DNA of 63,560 bases, filler included, from Pirum gemmata (GCA_002812295.1; 23 parts of 23 records of this genome joined end to end with filler, not necessarily neighbours in it); one strand, 5' to 3'. Counted from the whole stretch's first letter, positions 11,270-27,073 are shown. Made by a program: numbers and translations. Notes: generated from the sequence alone by a model not told the origin.

Positions 11270-12221
11270 CTTGTATCTAATCAAACAGTCAATTCTGAAA
11301 CGAAGAAACCTTACCCGGTGACTATGATTGAAACTGCGATGAAAGAAGCTCATTATTCCGTGAAACCCCAACGTTCTGCAAAATTACAATCTATGGATGT
11401 TATAAAACTGTTAAAAGAAAAACTACCAATTGAACGAGCACAAGTATGTTACTTATATATACTGCTATTGTTAATGTTGTTGATGTTGTTCTCTTATTTT
11501 TCATTATTTTTTATTTTTTATTACTTATTAGTTATTAGTTATTATTCATCAGTTATTAGCTATTAGTAATTATTAGTTATTAGTTATTAGTTATTAGTTA
11601 TTCGTTATTAGTTATTCGTTATTAGTTATTAGTTATTAGTTATTAGTTATTAGTTATTAGTTATTAGTTATTAGTTATTAGTTATTAGTTATTAGTTGTT
11701 GGTTATTGGTTATAGTTATGATTGTTTTTTGTTTTTTGTTTTTTGTTTTTTGTTTTTTGTTTTTTGTTTATTATTTATTATTTATTATTTATTATTTATT
11801 ATTTATTATTTATTTTTATTATTTATTTTTTATTATTTATTTATTGTTTTATTGCCATTTTTTTGGTATTATTATTATTATTATTATTTTGTTTTTTTAA
11901 TATTATTCTCTTCTTTATTTTTATTTATTTATTTTATTATCTTTATTATTATCATCATTATTATTTACTTTTATTATTAAGATGAAAATTCAAGTGAATT
12001 TTCCCACGCAGTTTAAAAATTCTACAAGGGACAAAATAACCGAATTGGTGGATTCGGTAGAAAATGTAGATGTGGGCAGTGAAGTGGAAATGGTGTGCTT
12101 AATACAACCTGGAAAATGGCGTAATGTTTTGGATTTAGTAAGTGAAACAACCAGAGGAAAAGGTTCGTGTGAAATTCTAAGTTTGAGAAGTACACCAGAC
12201 CAATCTACTGAACAAATATAA
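11270..12221 (+). CDS. SBDS: Ribosome maturation protein SBDS/Sdo1, last two exons (11270-11443, 11982-12221), 5'-partial
   Basis: LVSNQTVNSETKKPYPVTMIETAMKEAHYSVKPQRSAKLQSMDVIKLLKEKLPIERAQ|MKIQV...CLIQPG matches SBDS domains II-III. AG acceptor 11268-69, GT donor 11444, AG acceptor 11980-81, phase 0. Confidence 0.93.
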
Positions 12222-13920
12222 ATACTTTTTAACTTGTGTATTATAGAACTGTCCTTCTTAAAGAGTTTTTGAAATAGAATAATCAATACTTTCGTTCTTG
12301 TTCTCTTTCTATCTATATATATATTTTTTTTTTTAAAAAAAAAAACATGGTTTGGTGTCTATATTATGTTGTTGTATTTAACTTTTATTTGTTTTTGAAC
12401 AAAATAAAAGTTGGAATAGTAGTAGGTGCTTTATTTGTATTAGTAATATCATTATAGTATGTAATATAATGCTTTTCAGATAGTTGCTCTATTATTATTT
12501 AGAAAATTACTCTATTATTATTTATTTTGGTATAAAGTAGCGTTGGTATTGTTGTAGATCAAAATAGTTTGGTTATTTATCTATACCTTCGTAAAAATAG
12601 AAAACAAACTACCAAATATATATATATCAATGTGTGAAAGAGAAGAGGTTAAGGAAAATAGAATTAAAGAGTGGTATTGTCACATGAAAAACTCGAGAAC
12701 CAAAAAAACCCCCCCAAAAAAGTATGAAAATTTGATAAAGAGAACAGTATTTGTTTTTCGTTTGGTTTATTATACATAGAAAAAATTGAAGAAAAAAGGA
12801 ACACTTAATAATAACATTACGATTTATACAATGTTTTCAATACTCAATTTGAGATTGGTAATAATGAAGAAAGACGTATTAGTCACATACCACATCACTA
12901 CAATTATATATAATGTTATCAGTATTTTATTATAGTGATATCACCTTATTAGCCCTCTTACTTGAGACTTCTTGGTATATTATGTATTTATTTGTTTGAG
13001 TCACTTACTTGTTAAATGTAATTTTAAAGAACACCATTTAATAAATTGGATGGTTTTCAAATAAACAGCTACAGTGACAAAATCCATGAATAATATGGTA
13101 TATTGTGTTGGCTTCAGTATGTGGAATACTTATTCGATCTACGAAAAGACAGAATTTCGCTAAAATTTAGTAATTAATCATACTTTATAAATAATATATA
13201 TTTGGGAAAATACTTATTTAGAAAACTGGTTACTTAATACAGTATTTATTTATTTTTATAGTAAGATATGTTATCAAATTAATTTCCATATTTGGGCTGA
13301 CAGCCCCCAGAAGTCAATATATATATATATATATATATAAAGCTTTAGGCTTAGTAAAGTTAAATTACTTGAAGAAAAGGTTCCCTGTGCTTATGAAAAG
13401 CTTGAAAAGTACTGTTTATTTTATTAAAAAGAAAATTTATTACTTAACAAAACAAAAACTAAAATACCTATGTTGTACACCTATGTTTCTGTCTACTAAA
13501 TATATACAAACATATTGCCTAGAAAAAAGTGATATTTTATCTCTCTTCTTACTTGCTAGCTGGATAATTAACCACACACACACACACACACACACATAGA
13601 TATATATATGTATATATATAATTCTACAATAAGTTCAATTGTAATAAAAATTTTATCACTTTTATTATTATTATTCATATATATTGCATTAAGAAAAGTC
13701 ATGAATTTGGACTTTAAAATTTAAAATTTAAGAAAAAATCTATTATTATTATTATTATTANNNNNNNNNNNNNNNNNNNNNNNNNNNNNNNNNNNNNNNN
13801 NNNNTTAATTAATTAANNNNNNNNNNNNNNNNNNNNNNNNNNNNNNNNNNNNNNNNNNNNAATATTATGTGAATTTAATATTAATAAAACAGCAATCACA
13901 AAAATTATTATTATTCACAT

Positions 13921-14180
13921 GGTTAGGGTTAGGGTTAGGGTTAGGGTTAGGGTTAGGGTTAGGGTTAGGGTTAGGGGTTGGGGTTAGGGGTTTTTTTAAA
14001 AAAACTTCTGTAAATACTACCTGTATTACTACCACTTTTCCTATTACCTTCATCATTGATACCTTCATTAATTAAAACATGGTTAGGGTTAGGGTTAGGG
14101 CTAGGGTTAGGGTTAGGGTTAAGGTTGGGGTTAGGGTTGGTTAGGGTTGGTTAGGTTTGGGTTTGGGGTTGGGGTTGGAG
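13921..14180 (+). repeat. Interstitial telomeric (TTAGGG)n arrays, two blocks, partly degenerate
   Basis: Direct reading. Both blocks are preceded by 'acatgg'. Confidence 0.9.
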
Positions 14181-14289
14181 TTGAATACACGATTATTATA
14201 TATTATTGCTATTACTATCAGTATGCACATACAATAAATGTATTTTTATATCATGGTATTATTATTAGTGGTATTAGTAATAGTATTAT

Positions 14290-16598
<2,309 letters not shown>

Positions 16599-16820
16599 NN
16601 NNNNNNNNNNNNNNNNNNNNNNNNNNNNNNNNNNNNNNNNNNTTAATTAATTAANNNNNNNNNNNNNNNNNNNNNNNNNNNNNNNNNNNNNNNNNNNNAT
16701 AATAATAATAATAATAATAATAATACCAGTAGTAACAGTAGTTGTAGCGTCAATACCAACATTAAAAATTGATATCAAATATATAATACTTGTATATAAA
16801 ACCTTTTATCCCTGTATTAG

Positions 16821-18995
16821 CTTTGAGCTCAGAAGAAGCTGTGAATGACATTGGTGTCGGCAATAAAAACGTAATCGGTGTTATTTTTAACACTGCAGAT
16901 GGTAATCTTAATGAAAGTTTAACTTACACCCTCCGTTTTCCAACGGACGCACAATGCGACAATTGCACAAACTCAAAGAAAGACGATAAACAATGGGATA
17001 ACAAAAATGTGTTTGATGATTCACTATTAACAAACGGTCCTATATTTTACGAAGTTGAAAATAATCCTTATGTAGGTACAGGTTTTAGTAGAGTACAATA
17101 TGAGATCTCGTATGCTTACTTGATGCAAAAGGAACCTACGGCTGACTTTAGTAATATTGATAGTATTATGAGTGTTATGCCGTATACTTCTTACACTCAA
17201 AATAATTTCGCAGTAATTGGTATCCAATTTGCTTTGCCTTTGTTTTTTATGTTGTCGTACTTGTATACTTTTTTGATTGCCGTAAAAGAAATTGTGCTGG
17301 AGAAAGAGTTAAGACTAAAAGAAACTATGAAAATGATGGGGTTAAGTAATTTTGCTAACTGGTAATATAGATTGTCATATTAGTTATTTGTTATCGTTGC
17401 TATTATTTGATATGTATTATTATTGTTTTTAGTATATAAGTTGTCATATGTTTATTATTATTCTTATTATTATTATTGTTATTATTACTACTTGTTATCT
17501 TTGTTATTATTTGTATGCACTTTGTTATTGTTTTTTAGTATAAGTAGCCAATTGTTTATTATTATTATTGACATTATTAGTAGATTTTCTCATTGTTATT
17601 TTTTTACTTTTTTAATAGTTTTTATTTCTTAAGTTGATATTAACTAATCTCTACATATATATATATATATATATAGGATGGGTTGGTTTGTGAAGCAATC
17701 AATATTTATGGTGCCTACTGCCGTGATTATTGTAGTAATGTGTTATGCAGGAAAAATATTTTATACTACTTCAGTTATTTTGTTTGTAGTGTTTTATTTA
17801 CTTTACATTTTGACTTTTATTCTTTTTAGTTTTTTTCTTTCCACCATTTTCAGTAACTCAAAAACTGGTGCCTCCGTTGCCGGGGTTATCTTTTTTGTTA
17901 CCTATGTACCTTTCTTTTTTATTCAAAGAAATTACACCGACACACATAAGGGTTTAAAAACTTTGCTTTGTTTTTTGCCCAACACTTGCATGGCCCAAGG
18001 ATTAACTATCATTTCTCAATTCGAAGCTAGTGGTTTTACTTTGAATTTTGGTAATGTAAACCAACTTCCTTCTCCTCAAGATAATTTCACAATGGCGCAG
18101 GTATTAGCTCAGTTGGTACTTGATTGTATCATTTTAGTATTATTAACATGGTATATCGAGGCAGTTTTTCCAGGTAAATATGGCGTAGGACATCCTTTTT
18201 ATTTTTTTTTGACTAAAAACTATTGGTTCCCTAACAGTGCAAAGAAAAAATCTCCCAAAACAAACCCCAAGAAATCTGATAGTAAAAAAATCGAAGTAGT
18301 AGGTCAAGAAGCCCTAGAGCAACCTAATAGTGCTACTGCACCCACCAACACTACTACTTCAAGTGGGTATTTCGAGCCCAACCCTGTTGATGAAAAAGCT
18401 GGGGTAGAAATTAATAATTTAAGGAAAGTTTATGATAACGGTAAAGTGGCTGTGGAAAATCTAAGTTTAAATATGTACGAGGGTCAAATCACGTGCTTGT
18501 TGGGTCACAATGGGGCTGGGAAAACTACAACTATGTCAATGTTAACTGGTTTATACGAACCAACTAGCGGATCGGCCATAATTAATGATTATGATATTAC
18601 TACTAATATGGATAAATGCCGCGAAAGTTTAGGGTTGTGCCCCCAAGTGAATACGCTTTTTTCTGCTTTAACTGTAGGTGAGCATTTGGAATTTTTTGGC
18701 ACTTTAAAAGGAATTAAGAAAAAAGAACTCAAATCCCACGGCAAACAAGTTCTAAGGGAGTTAGAAATGTTAGAAAAGAAAAATAATTTCCCTTCTGGTC
18801 TTTCTGGGGGTATGAAACGGAAGTTATGTGTAGGAATTGCGTTTTTGGGGGGGTCTAAAGTGGTGTTTTTGGATGAGCCTACTTCGGGTATGGATCCTTC
18901 AGCTAGAAGAAAAACTTGGGAAGTCATTTTGAATAATAGAGAAGGTAGAACTATATGTTTAACCACTCATTTTTTGGATGAAGCTGATTTACTAG
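16821..18995 (+). CDS. ABCA: ABC transporter subfamily A, internal exons (16821-17361, 17677-18995): ECD1 end, TMD1, NBD1; partial at both ends
   Basis: IVLEKELRLKETMKMMGL, WYIEAVFPGKYG, Walker A GHNGAGKTT, signature LSGGMKRKL, Walker B FLDEPTSG, H-loop LTTHFLDEAD. The TG|G Trp codon is split across GT 17362...AG 17676. Donor GT at 18996. Confidence 0.95.
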
Positions 18996-19201
18996 GTAAT
19001 TTTTTTATTATTATTGTTAACCCTAACCCTAACCCTAACCCTGACAAACTAGTATGTTTTTTGTTTATTGCTTTTTTATTTGTATTTTTTTGTATTGTTA
19101 TTAGTTGTTTTGTTTTATGATTAATTAGCTTGACCTTGTATGTTATTTTGTTATTATTATAATTGTTGTTGATGTTGTTGTTTATTTCTTATTTATAATG
19201 G

Positions 19202-19246
<45 letters not shown>

Positions 19247-19307
19247 ATATTCTGTTTTCATTTTCATTTTTGCCTTTAATTACTATTTCATTAATACTTT
19301 TGTCATT

Positions 19308-19342
<35 letters not shown>

Positions 19343-19554
19343 NNNNNNNNNNNNNNNNNNNNNNNNNNNNNNNNNNNNNNNNNNNNTTAATTAATTAANN
19401 NNNNNNNNNNNNNNNNNNNNNNNNNNNNNNNNNNNNNNNNNNATATACCAAATTAAATTAAATGGATTTATATTGTATTAATTTGGTATTCTTTATTGTA
19501 TACTTTATGATGACAGAACAACTGAAAAGAACGATAGTCTATATAATATTGTAG

Positions 19555-19750
19555 ATCTATTTCATTACAATTGTCCTCTCAATCTTTAATTTGGTACTTT
19601 TTAAGTGTATAATTGTACTGTTTTATAAAATGAAACATTAAGTATAAAATACCAAATTAATCAAAACATGTCCGATAGTTTAACCATAATAATAATTTGG
19701 TAAGTTTATTTCAGTTTTTGAACTGGACAACACTATTGAAAAACACGATA
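19555..19750 (-). mobile_element. MITE family B copy (~190 bp, ends ATCGTGTTTTTCA / TGAAATAGACGAT)
   Basis: Homologous copies at ~21905-22035(-), 25305-25384, 25795-25900(-), 26015-26200, 26320-26495, 26884-26995, 62730-62892. Confidence 0.8.
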
Positions 19751-19764
19751 ATGATAATACTAAC

Positions 19765-20092
19765 TCGAACCTTGACTCTAACCCTTAACAGCTCCTTAAC
19801 CCTAACCCTAACCCTAACTCTTAATAACCCTGACTCTAACCCAATGCTAATGTTAACCTTAACCCTGGCGCTAACCTTTTGACCCTAACCCTAACCCTAA
19901 CCCTGACCTTAACCTTACCCTTAATTAACCCTGACTCTAACCTTAACCCTAACCTTAACATTAACCCTGACTCTAACCTTAACCCTAACCCTAACCCTGA
20001 CCCACCCTAACCCTAACCCCTAACCCTAACCCCTAACCCTAACCCTAACCCTAACCCCTAACCCAAACCCTAACACTAACCCTAACACTAAC
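19765..20092 (-). repeat. Degenerate-to-perfect (CCCTAA)n interstitial telomeric array
   Basis: Direct reading. Confidence 0.9.
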
Positions 20093-20514
20093 ATTTATAT
20101 TGTAACAAGAAAATACAAACCCTCTAACCTATTATTAATATGGATACTACTAATACATACATCAGTACACGTCGATGTAAGTCATGGCAACTAATTAATA
20201 GCAGCAATTATATTATTGTTAAGTTCCTTATTATTATTATTATTGTTACGTATACTAGCTATGATAATCGCCTAACCCGTAACCTTTTAGTCTAGTCAAT
20301 TACCTAAATGATATAGTATTACAACATTGATAGAAATTTATTTGGTTTCTAATTAATTTTTTTAATATTTATTTTCAAAAAAAAATAGTGTTTTGTATTA
20401 TTCAACCTACTAGTAGAGTTAGCCTATTATCATTATGATCATATTATTATTATTTTATAAATACAGAGCTACCTAGGCTTCCCTTCTATTTATATGCATA
20501 GGAACAATACGTAG

Positions 20515-20735
20515 ACGATGTTGATGTTGATGTTGATGTTGGTGTTGGTGTTGGTGTTGGTGTTGGTGTTGATGTTGGTGTTGATGTTGATGTTGGTGTT
20601 GGTGTTGGTGTTGGTGTTGGTGTTGGTGTTGGTGTTGATGATGTTGGTGTTGATGCTGATGTTGATGTTGATGTTGGTGTTGGTGTTGATGTTGGTGTTG
20701 ATGTTGATGATGTTGAATGTTGATGTTGATGTTGA
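20515..20735. repeat. (GTTGAT/GTTGGT)n hexamer microsatellite
   Basis: Direct reading. Confidence 0.9.
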
Positions 20736-21305
20736 TTTTCATTTACTTTGTCACTCCAAATATTTATTTGGTTGTTTATAATATTTAAAATTGATACTTT
20801 TAAATAAATTTATGACGACAAAATAACTGAAAAGCATGATATTGTTTTCGAATATTTTTTATGTATTAAAAAATTTTAAAAAAAAATTTGATTCGACTTT
20901 AACATTCGAGCCACTGAAAAGCACTATGTATGTTTAATTAAAAAAGCATGATAGTTTCTTTTCAGCTTCAAATACCCCTACCTACCTGCCTTTCGACATT
21001 AATTTCCGGTCAAATAGCACCTACCTACCTACCCCTTGACGTGACGTATTATTTGACCCTCTGAATATTTATTTGGAGGGTTATAATATTTAAATTGACA
21101 CTTTTAAATCAATACATATATAATAAAACATACCAAATTAAATTAAATGGGTTTATATTGTATTAATTTGGTAGTATTTATTATTTATTTTATGACGACC
21201 TAGGCCAGTCCGAATTTGTAGACCACCATGCTAACATTTTTAAAACAGCAAATAAAATTCGATTTTTTAGTTTTGTCCTGAAGTTGATTAGTTTTTTTTT
21301 AACAC

Positions 21306-21770
21306 CCATGCCGGATAAAATTGCAAAATCCTTCATATGAGCACAAAATCTGAAACTTAAATTTATCCAATTTTAATAAAAGTACTACCAAATTTTGAGA
21401 AATAGTTTAACTAATAAAACTCTATTATGAACCAATGGCCAGTTTTTAATAATAATTTGGCTATTTATTATTAAAGGTTTTTAGAAAAAAGTCTAAAAAA
21501 AAAGATTTCTGCGGTTTTATAGTGGTTTTATCTGGCAGTGGTGTTAGGTAAACCTAAAACAGTTCCTAAAACTGTAGAAATCAATTTTTTTTAAACTTTT
21601 CTAAAAACTTTAATTTTAACTATCCAAATTATTTTTTAAATATAGCCATTGGTTCATAATAGAATTTTATTAGTGAAATGATTTTCAAAAATTGGTAGTA
21701 CTTTTTATTAAAATTGGAGCATTTTAAGATTTTTTTGATTTTTGAGCTCGTATGGCAATTTTTATCCGAC
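21306..21770. mobile_element. Two oppositely oriented degraded copies of MITE family D
   Basis: The shared core 'aaagtactacca...ctattatgaaccaatggc' occurs at ~21380-21440 and its reverse complement at ~21640-21705. Confidence 0.75.
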
Positions 21771-22294
21771 TTTGTTACTATCACTATCACTATCACTATT
21801 ACTATCACTATTACTATCACTCCTAAAATCCTAAAAATCTAGATTTTGCAGAAAGAAACAGCCAATAACTATTAACTAATTTTTTCCTCAGGTCTAACAA
21901 CTTTAGTGCTGTTTCAAGTGTGTAATTGGACTTTTTTATAAAATACAATATTACTTAAAAAATACCAAATTAATTAAAACATGCCTAATAGTTTAACCAT
22001 AATAATAATTTGGTATATTTATTTCAGTTTTTGAGCCGTTCAAATAATATGTCACGTCAAGGGGTAGGTAGGTAGGTGGTATTNNNNNNNNNNNNNNNNN
22101 NNNNNNNNNNNNNNNNNNNNNNNNNNNTTAATTAATTAANNNNNNNNNNNNNNNNNNNNNNNNNNNNNNNNNNNNNNNNNNNNTTATTATATTATTGCTA
22201 TTATAATTATTATTATTGACAAAAGTCTAACTTTTAAAGACAAAGATTTAATAAATATAATAAATAATTACACTATTCAAAATATTAAAAAATC

Positions 22295-22815
22295 ATGACA
22301 TCAATAGCTACATCAATCCAAGTTTTCAATAGTGCTTTAACAAAATGTAAAGACAAAAATGTTCTTCTTTTATTAAAAAAGTATTAATAGAAAAAAAAAA
22401 ATTAAAGATAAACATTATTTTGCTCACTTAGTTTGTCCTAATTGTAATGTAAATTTTACCAGATATATGTTTATCGTATATTTTTTAAACTAGAATTTGC
22501 AACTCATGCACTCATGATATTCCAAAAAATTAAAATGAGGGAAAATTACAAAAAGAAAATATTATGATAGTCGTGAAAAAAATAAGAGCTAGTTATAAAG
22601 TTAAAACCGTTAATACAACTTACAATAGCCCCGCTCAGAACCCGGAGGTGCAAAAGAAGATGCGAGAAATCTACAATAAAAGAACTGACTTCAATAACCC
22701 TGGTCGAAATCCTGAAGTTAGAGTTAAAATGATATTATAGAAACATATTATATACAAAAAGAAGACTGGTTATGATCACAATATGCGAAATCCGGAATTT
22801 AAAAGGAAAAAATGA
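22295..22815 (+). pseudogene. Degraded gene with two CxxC pairs and three (Y..KTGY..P.+NPEV+.KM) repeats; large DNA virus-type endonuclease-associated repeat protein relic
   Basis: CPNC (~22435) and CNSC (~22498). From ATG 22564: ...YNSPAQNPEVQKKMREIYNKRTDFNNPGRNPEVRVKMIL*KHIIYKKKTGYDHNMRNPEFKRKK*. Contains an in-frame stop and no introns. Confidence 0.6.
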
Positions 22816-22827
22816 AATGAAGGAAAT

Positions 22828-23610
22828 TCAGAAGGCTAAAACAAGGGCTTTCATTGTAATTTCACCCGCTTTCGAGGCGGACACATCCTCAAATATCAAT
22901 GTATAACAGCGTCGTTGAATCTTACCATTTAAACAAGAAGCTTGGACTTTTAAATAAGGTTGACCAGATGATTGCACAATATAGTTAGTTCTTATTCTAG
23001 CCACAATACCTGTGTTGGCTTGCGCGTATGTAAAACTTATATCTTTGGGTGTGCTTGTGGTTGTATGGTATGCAGGTCTACCTTGAATATTACTAAATTC
23101 CAATTATCTTGTAAGTTTGAAAAGTTAGTTGTATTAATATATATATTCTATATTATAATCTTTGTATTATTATAGTCATCCAATATTAATAAGTCTGGGT
23201 TATTGATGATTTGTTGTTCTCCACTTCCGCTTTCTCCTATATAGAGAGAGAATAAAAAGTCATATTATATTATACCTTGAATATTACTAAATTCCAATTA
23301 TCTTGTAAGTTTGAAAAGTTAGTTGTATATTCCATAATCTTTGTATTATATCCATCCAATTCTGGGTTATTACTAATTTGTTGTTCTCGACTTTCGCTTT
23401 CTCCTAATAATATAGCTATAGAGAGAGAATAAAAAGTCATACCTTGAATATTACTGAATTCCAAATATGTCATATTATCTGGTAAGTTTGAAAAGTTAGT
23501 TGTATAAAAGTGTTGTATATTCTATAAAATCTTTGTATTATATTCATCCAATAAGTCTGGGTTATTAATGATTTTTTGTTCTCCACTTTCGCTTTCTCCT
23601 ATATAGGTCT
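22828..23610 (-). pseudogene. Degraded ORF with a triplicated ~180-190-bp coding unit followed by a unique 91-aa C-terminal segment
   Basis: Units at ~23080-23265, 23272-23440 and 23440-23605 each translate to about GESESGEQQIINNPDLLDxYNTKI.EYTTNFSNL.DN...EFSNIQG, with stops and indels. Confidence 0.5.
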
Positions 23611-24034
23611 AGCTAGTAGTAGATAGTAGTAGTATTTGAACAAAGCATCACCATCAGTCATATAAATTTTGCTGTCTACTACTGCTGGTAGACTTAGCTA
23701 GCTAGCTAGCTAGCTACAGTAGATATTCAAAAAGAGACTTCAAAAAGCCAGTAGTCTAACTAACTAATAAGGAAGTAAAAAAAAAAATAATCTATTCTAA
23801 TCTAAAGAAGACCGGGTATTGAGTCTATTGACACACAAAAAAATCCCTGTAGTAATTTCCTGAGCTTTCATACCAGCAAAATTGCGAAATAATTTTAAAT
23901 AATTATTACTATTAATAAAACTTTCGCATATTATATCGCTACGCAGGTATCTTTTTTATTATATTTCCCTGCGTAAATTGTGACCCGGTGTATCATTATT
24001 TTTTGGAGTTTTTTTACCTCATACATCGAACCGA

Positions 24035-24123
24035 ATCCTAACCCTTACCCTAACCCTAACCCCTTAACCCTAACCTTAACCTTAACCCTAACCTTAACCC
24101 TAACCCTAACCCTAACCCTAACC
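24035..24123 (-). repeat. Interstitial (CCCTAA)n array
   Basis: Direct reading. Confidence 0.9.
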
Positions 24124-24692
24124 ATAATTTTAGAAAGAAAACCCCCAGCTCGAAATTAATAATGAATATATCGAGTTTATTATTAGAAACTGTAGAGCTA
24201 ACTGTAGGATGTATGATTTTATTCTTTATTCTAAAAAAGAGTTGTGTAGAGACTACTAGAGAGTGTCTAGCTAGCTAGCTAGCTAGCTAGCTAGACTAGT
24301 AGGGAGCTACTAGCTAGCTCTAGAGTAATAGATTTTATCACATTATTTTTATGGATCCCATATTTATTATTTATTTATTTATTTAATAATCATGTCATGT
24401 AAAAAAAAAATTATATAAAAAAAATATTGTTATGATATTGGGTTATGATATTTTTTATTTTTTTTTTGGTCATTTTAAAAATATAAAAGTAAAACGACCA
24501 GCAATCTCAAAACTCAAAACAGGCATTTCTACAATTATTTATTCCAACTATTGTTTTGCTAATTTTTATTTTTACTTTTACTATTTATTTCATAGTATTA
24601 TTACTATTAAACTATTTATTATATCATATTTCTATTATTAAAATCACTACTAACTAATAATATTATACAATAATTTTTTGACTTGCTTCACC

Positions 24693-24807
24693 ATGAAGTC
24701 AGTTAAGCAAAGCGCTAAGCTTGCAACAACAGGAAGTGATTTAACTCGTGCGGTTCTAAAGGCTACCAATACCGATATTTGTCAACCTAAAAAAAAACAT
24801 GTTTTGT
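24693..24807 (+). CDS. ANTH-domain clathrin assembly protein (PICALM/AP180-like), exon 1
   Basis: MKSVKQSAKLATTGSDLTRAVLKATNTDICQPKKKHVL followed by a GTAAGT donor at 24808. The KAT...PKKKH PIP2-binding motif is that of ANTH. Confidence 0.85.
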
Positions 24808-26014
24808 GTAAGTGTGCAACAAAATCATTTTATTATCATCCCTAACAACAACAACAACAACAANNNNNNNNNNNNNNNNNNNNNNNNNNNNNNNNNNNNN
24901 NNNNNNNTTAATTAATTAANNNNNNNNNNNNNNNNNNNNNNNNNNNNNNNNNNNNNNNNNNNNTTATTATTATTATTATTATTGCTATTATTGCTATTAT
25001 TATTCTATTTTATATTATTATTGTTTTATTATCAGTGCAATAGTTGTAAAAATCTTATAAAAAAAGTAGTTTTATCTTTTTATCTTTTTTATTATGTACG
25101 TTGTTGTTGATATTGTTGATTTTTTATTAGTGTTGTTGGATGCGTACAATTATGTTATAGAGGAATTAGTTTTAGTTTTAATATAATAAAGTATATATGG
25201 ATCATAATACGACGTTGTTTTTTCACTATTTATTTATGTAGCTGTTGATGTTTGCTATAATTATATTCAAAATGAAGCTATAGATGAATTATCGTGTTTC
25301 TTATACTTAATGTTGTATTTTATAAACAAGTTTAATTATACACTTAAACAGTATCAAAAACTAATGGTAATGAAATAGACGATGCTTTTATGCTTTTATC
25401 AATTCACTTACTGTTGTTGTTCTTGTTGTTGTTATTGTTGTTGTTGTTGTTGTGGTTGTTGTGGTTGTTGTTGATTTTCTGGAAAAAAATTTGTAGCTGA
25501 GAAAAAAATGTCTAGACTATTTAAAAATGCACTGTTTATAGGAGGGAATTGAGGGAATCCGAGGGATGAGTCCCCCGGATGACATGATTGACATACTATT
25601 GACATCCCCTTTGGCAGAAATTTGGAGATACCGGTAGGTTACAAAAGGAATTGAGATGGCAAAAATCATTACTTAAATTAGATATTTATATCCTTAAAAT
25701 AGTATTTACTATATTAAGTATTACTATTAATAGTTATAAGTTAACTTTTTATAGTAATTTAAGTCAAATTTTCAATTACTGTTTATAGACTTATTTATAA
25801 ATTACAATATTAGATATAAGATACCAAATTAATTAAAACATGTCAAATAGTTTAACCATAATAGTAATTTGGTACATTTATTTAGTTTTTGAACTGGAAA
25901 ACACCTACCAAAATAGTACCGGTGTACCTGATAGAGGCTAGCTAGACCCCCCCATCTACAGCCCCCATCTAGTCTACTGATAGACGCTACTAGCTAGACT
26001 AGACTCGGGTCTAG

Positions 26015-26200
26015 AGTGATTTTCAATAGTGTTGCTCGGTTCAAAAACTGAAATAAGCTTACCAAATTATAATTTATTGGTCATGTTTTAATTAATTTGA
26101 TATTTTCTATAGTAATTTTATATTTATAAAAAAGTTCAGTTATACAATTTAACGGTACCAAATTAAAGATAGAAAGGACAACTGTAATGAAATAGACGAT
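26015..26200 (+). mobile_element. MITE family B copy
   Basis: agtgattttcaatagtg...tgtaatgaaatagacgat. Confidence 0.8.
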
Positions 26201-26789
26201 AGCTACTAGCGACTAGCGATAGCTACTAGCTACTACTAGAGGTATCGATATCTATCATAGAGCTTATCATAGGAAAACACAGCTGTGACGTAATACTTAG
26301 TATTAATTATTACGTCATTTTATGCCCAGTTCAAAAACTGAAATATATAGACTACGTACCAAATTGTTATTATAGTAAAACTATCAGGCATGTTTTAATG
26401 AATTTGGTACTTTATAATAAATGTTGTATATTATAAAAAAGTTCAATTATACACTTAAACAGTACCAGATTAAAGATAGAGAGGACTCTGAAATAACCAT
26501 ACCAAATTGTATGTTTTGGTGTTGTAAAAACATAGTGAGACCAGTAAAAAAGTGGTGAAAGGCACTGTTTTAAAGAAGTGCGAAAGAAGTGTGACCTGAC
26601 AGAAAAATGGTAAAAGTTTTCACTCTTGGAATATTTATTTGGTTGGTTATAATATTTAAATTGACGTTTTTAAATGAACTAATAGATAATAAAATATACC
26701 AAATTAAATGAAACGGATTTATTTTGTATTAATTTGGTACTCTTTATTGTATATTTAATAATGGCAAAACAATTGAAAAAAAACTATAC

Positions 26790-26824
<35 letters not shown>

Positions 26825-27073
26825 TATTACACGAGGTTTAAATTACAAGGCAACCGCGGATGGCGTTATTCTAATGCACATATATCGTGTTTTTCAATAG
26901 TGCTATCCCTTAATGTTATATTTTATAAACAAGTTCAATTATACACTTAAACAACTCCAAATTAAAGATTGAGAGGGCAACTGTAATGCAATATTATACT
27001 TCAGTGTTGTGTGGCACTATGGACAGCATGAGGAAAGTTGAAAAATGTTGTTATAATTATATTATGCTCATAC

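Noticed and set aside
12560..13175. Protein-like fragments (IKEWYCH, ISHIPHHY, GILCWLQYVEYLFDLR), considered as a viral transcription-factor relic
   Set aside because: Too many stops and no convincing motif. No family can be supported.
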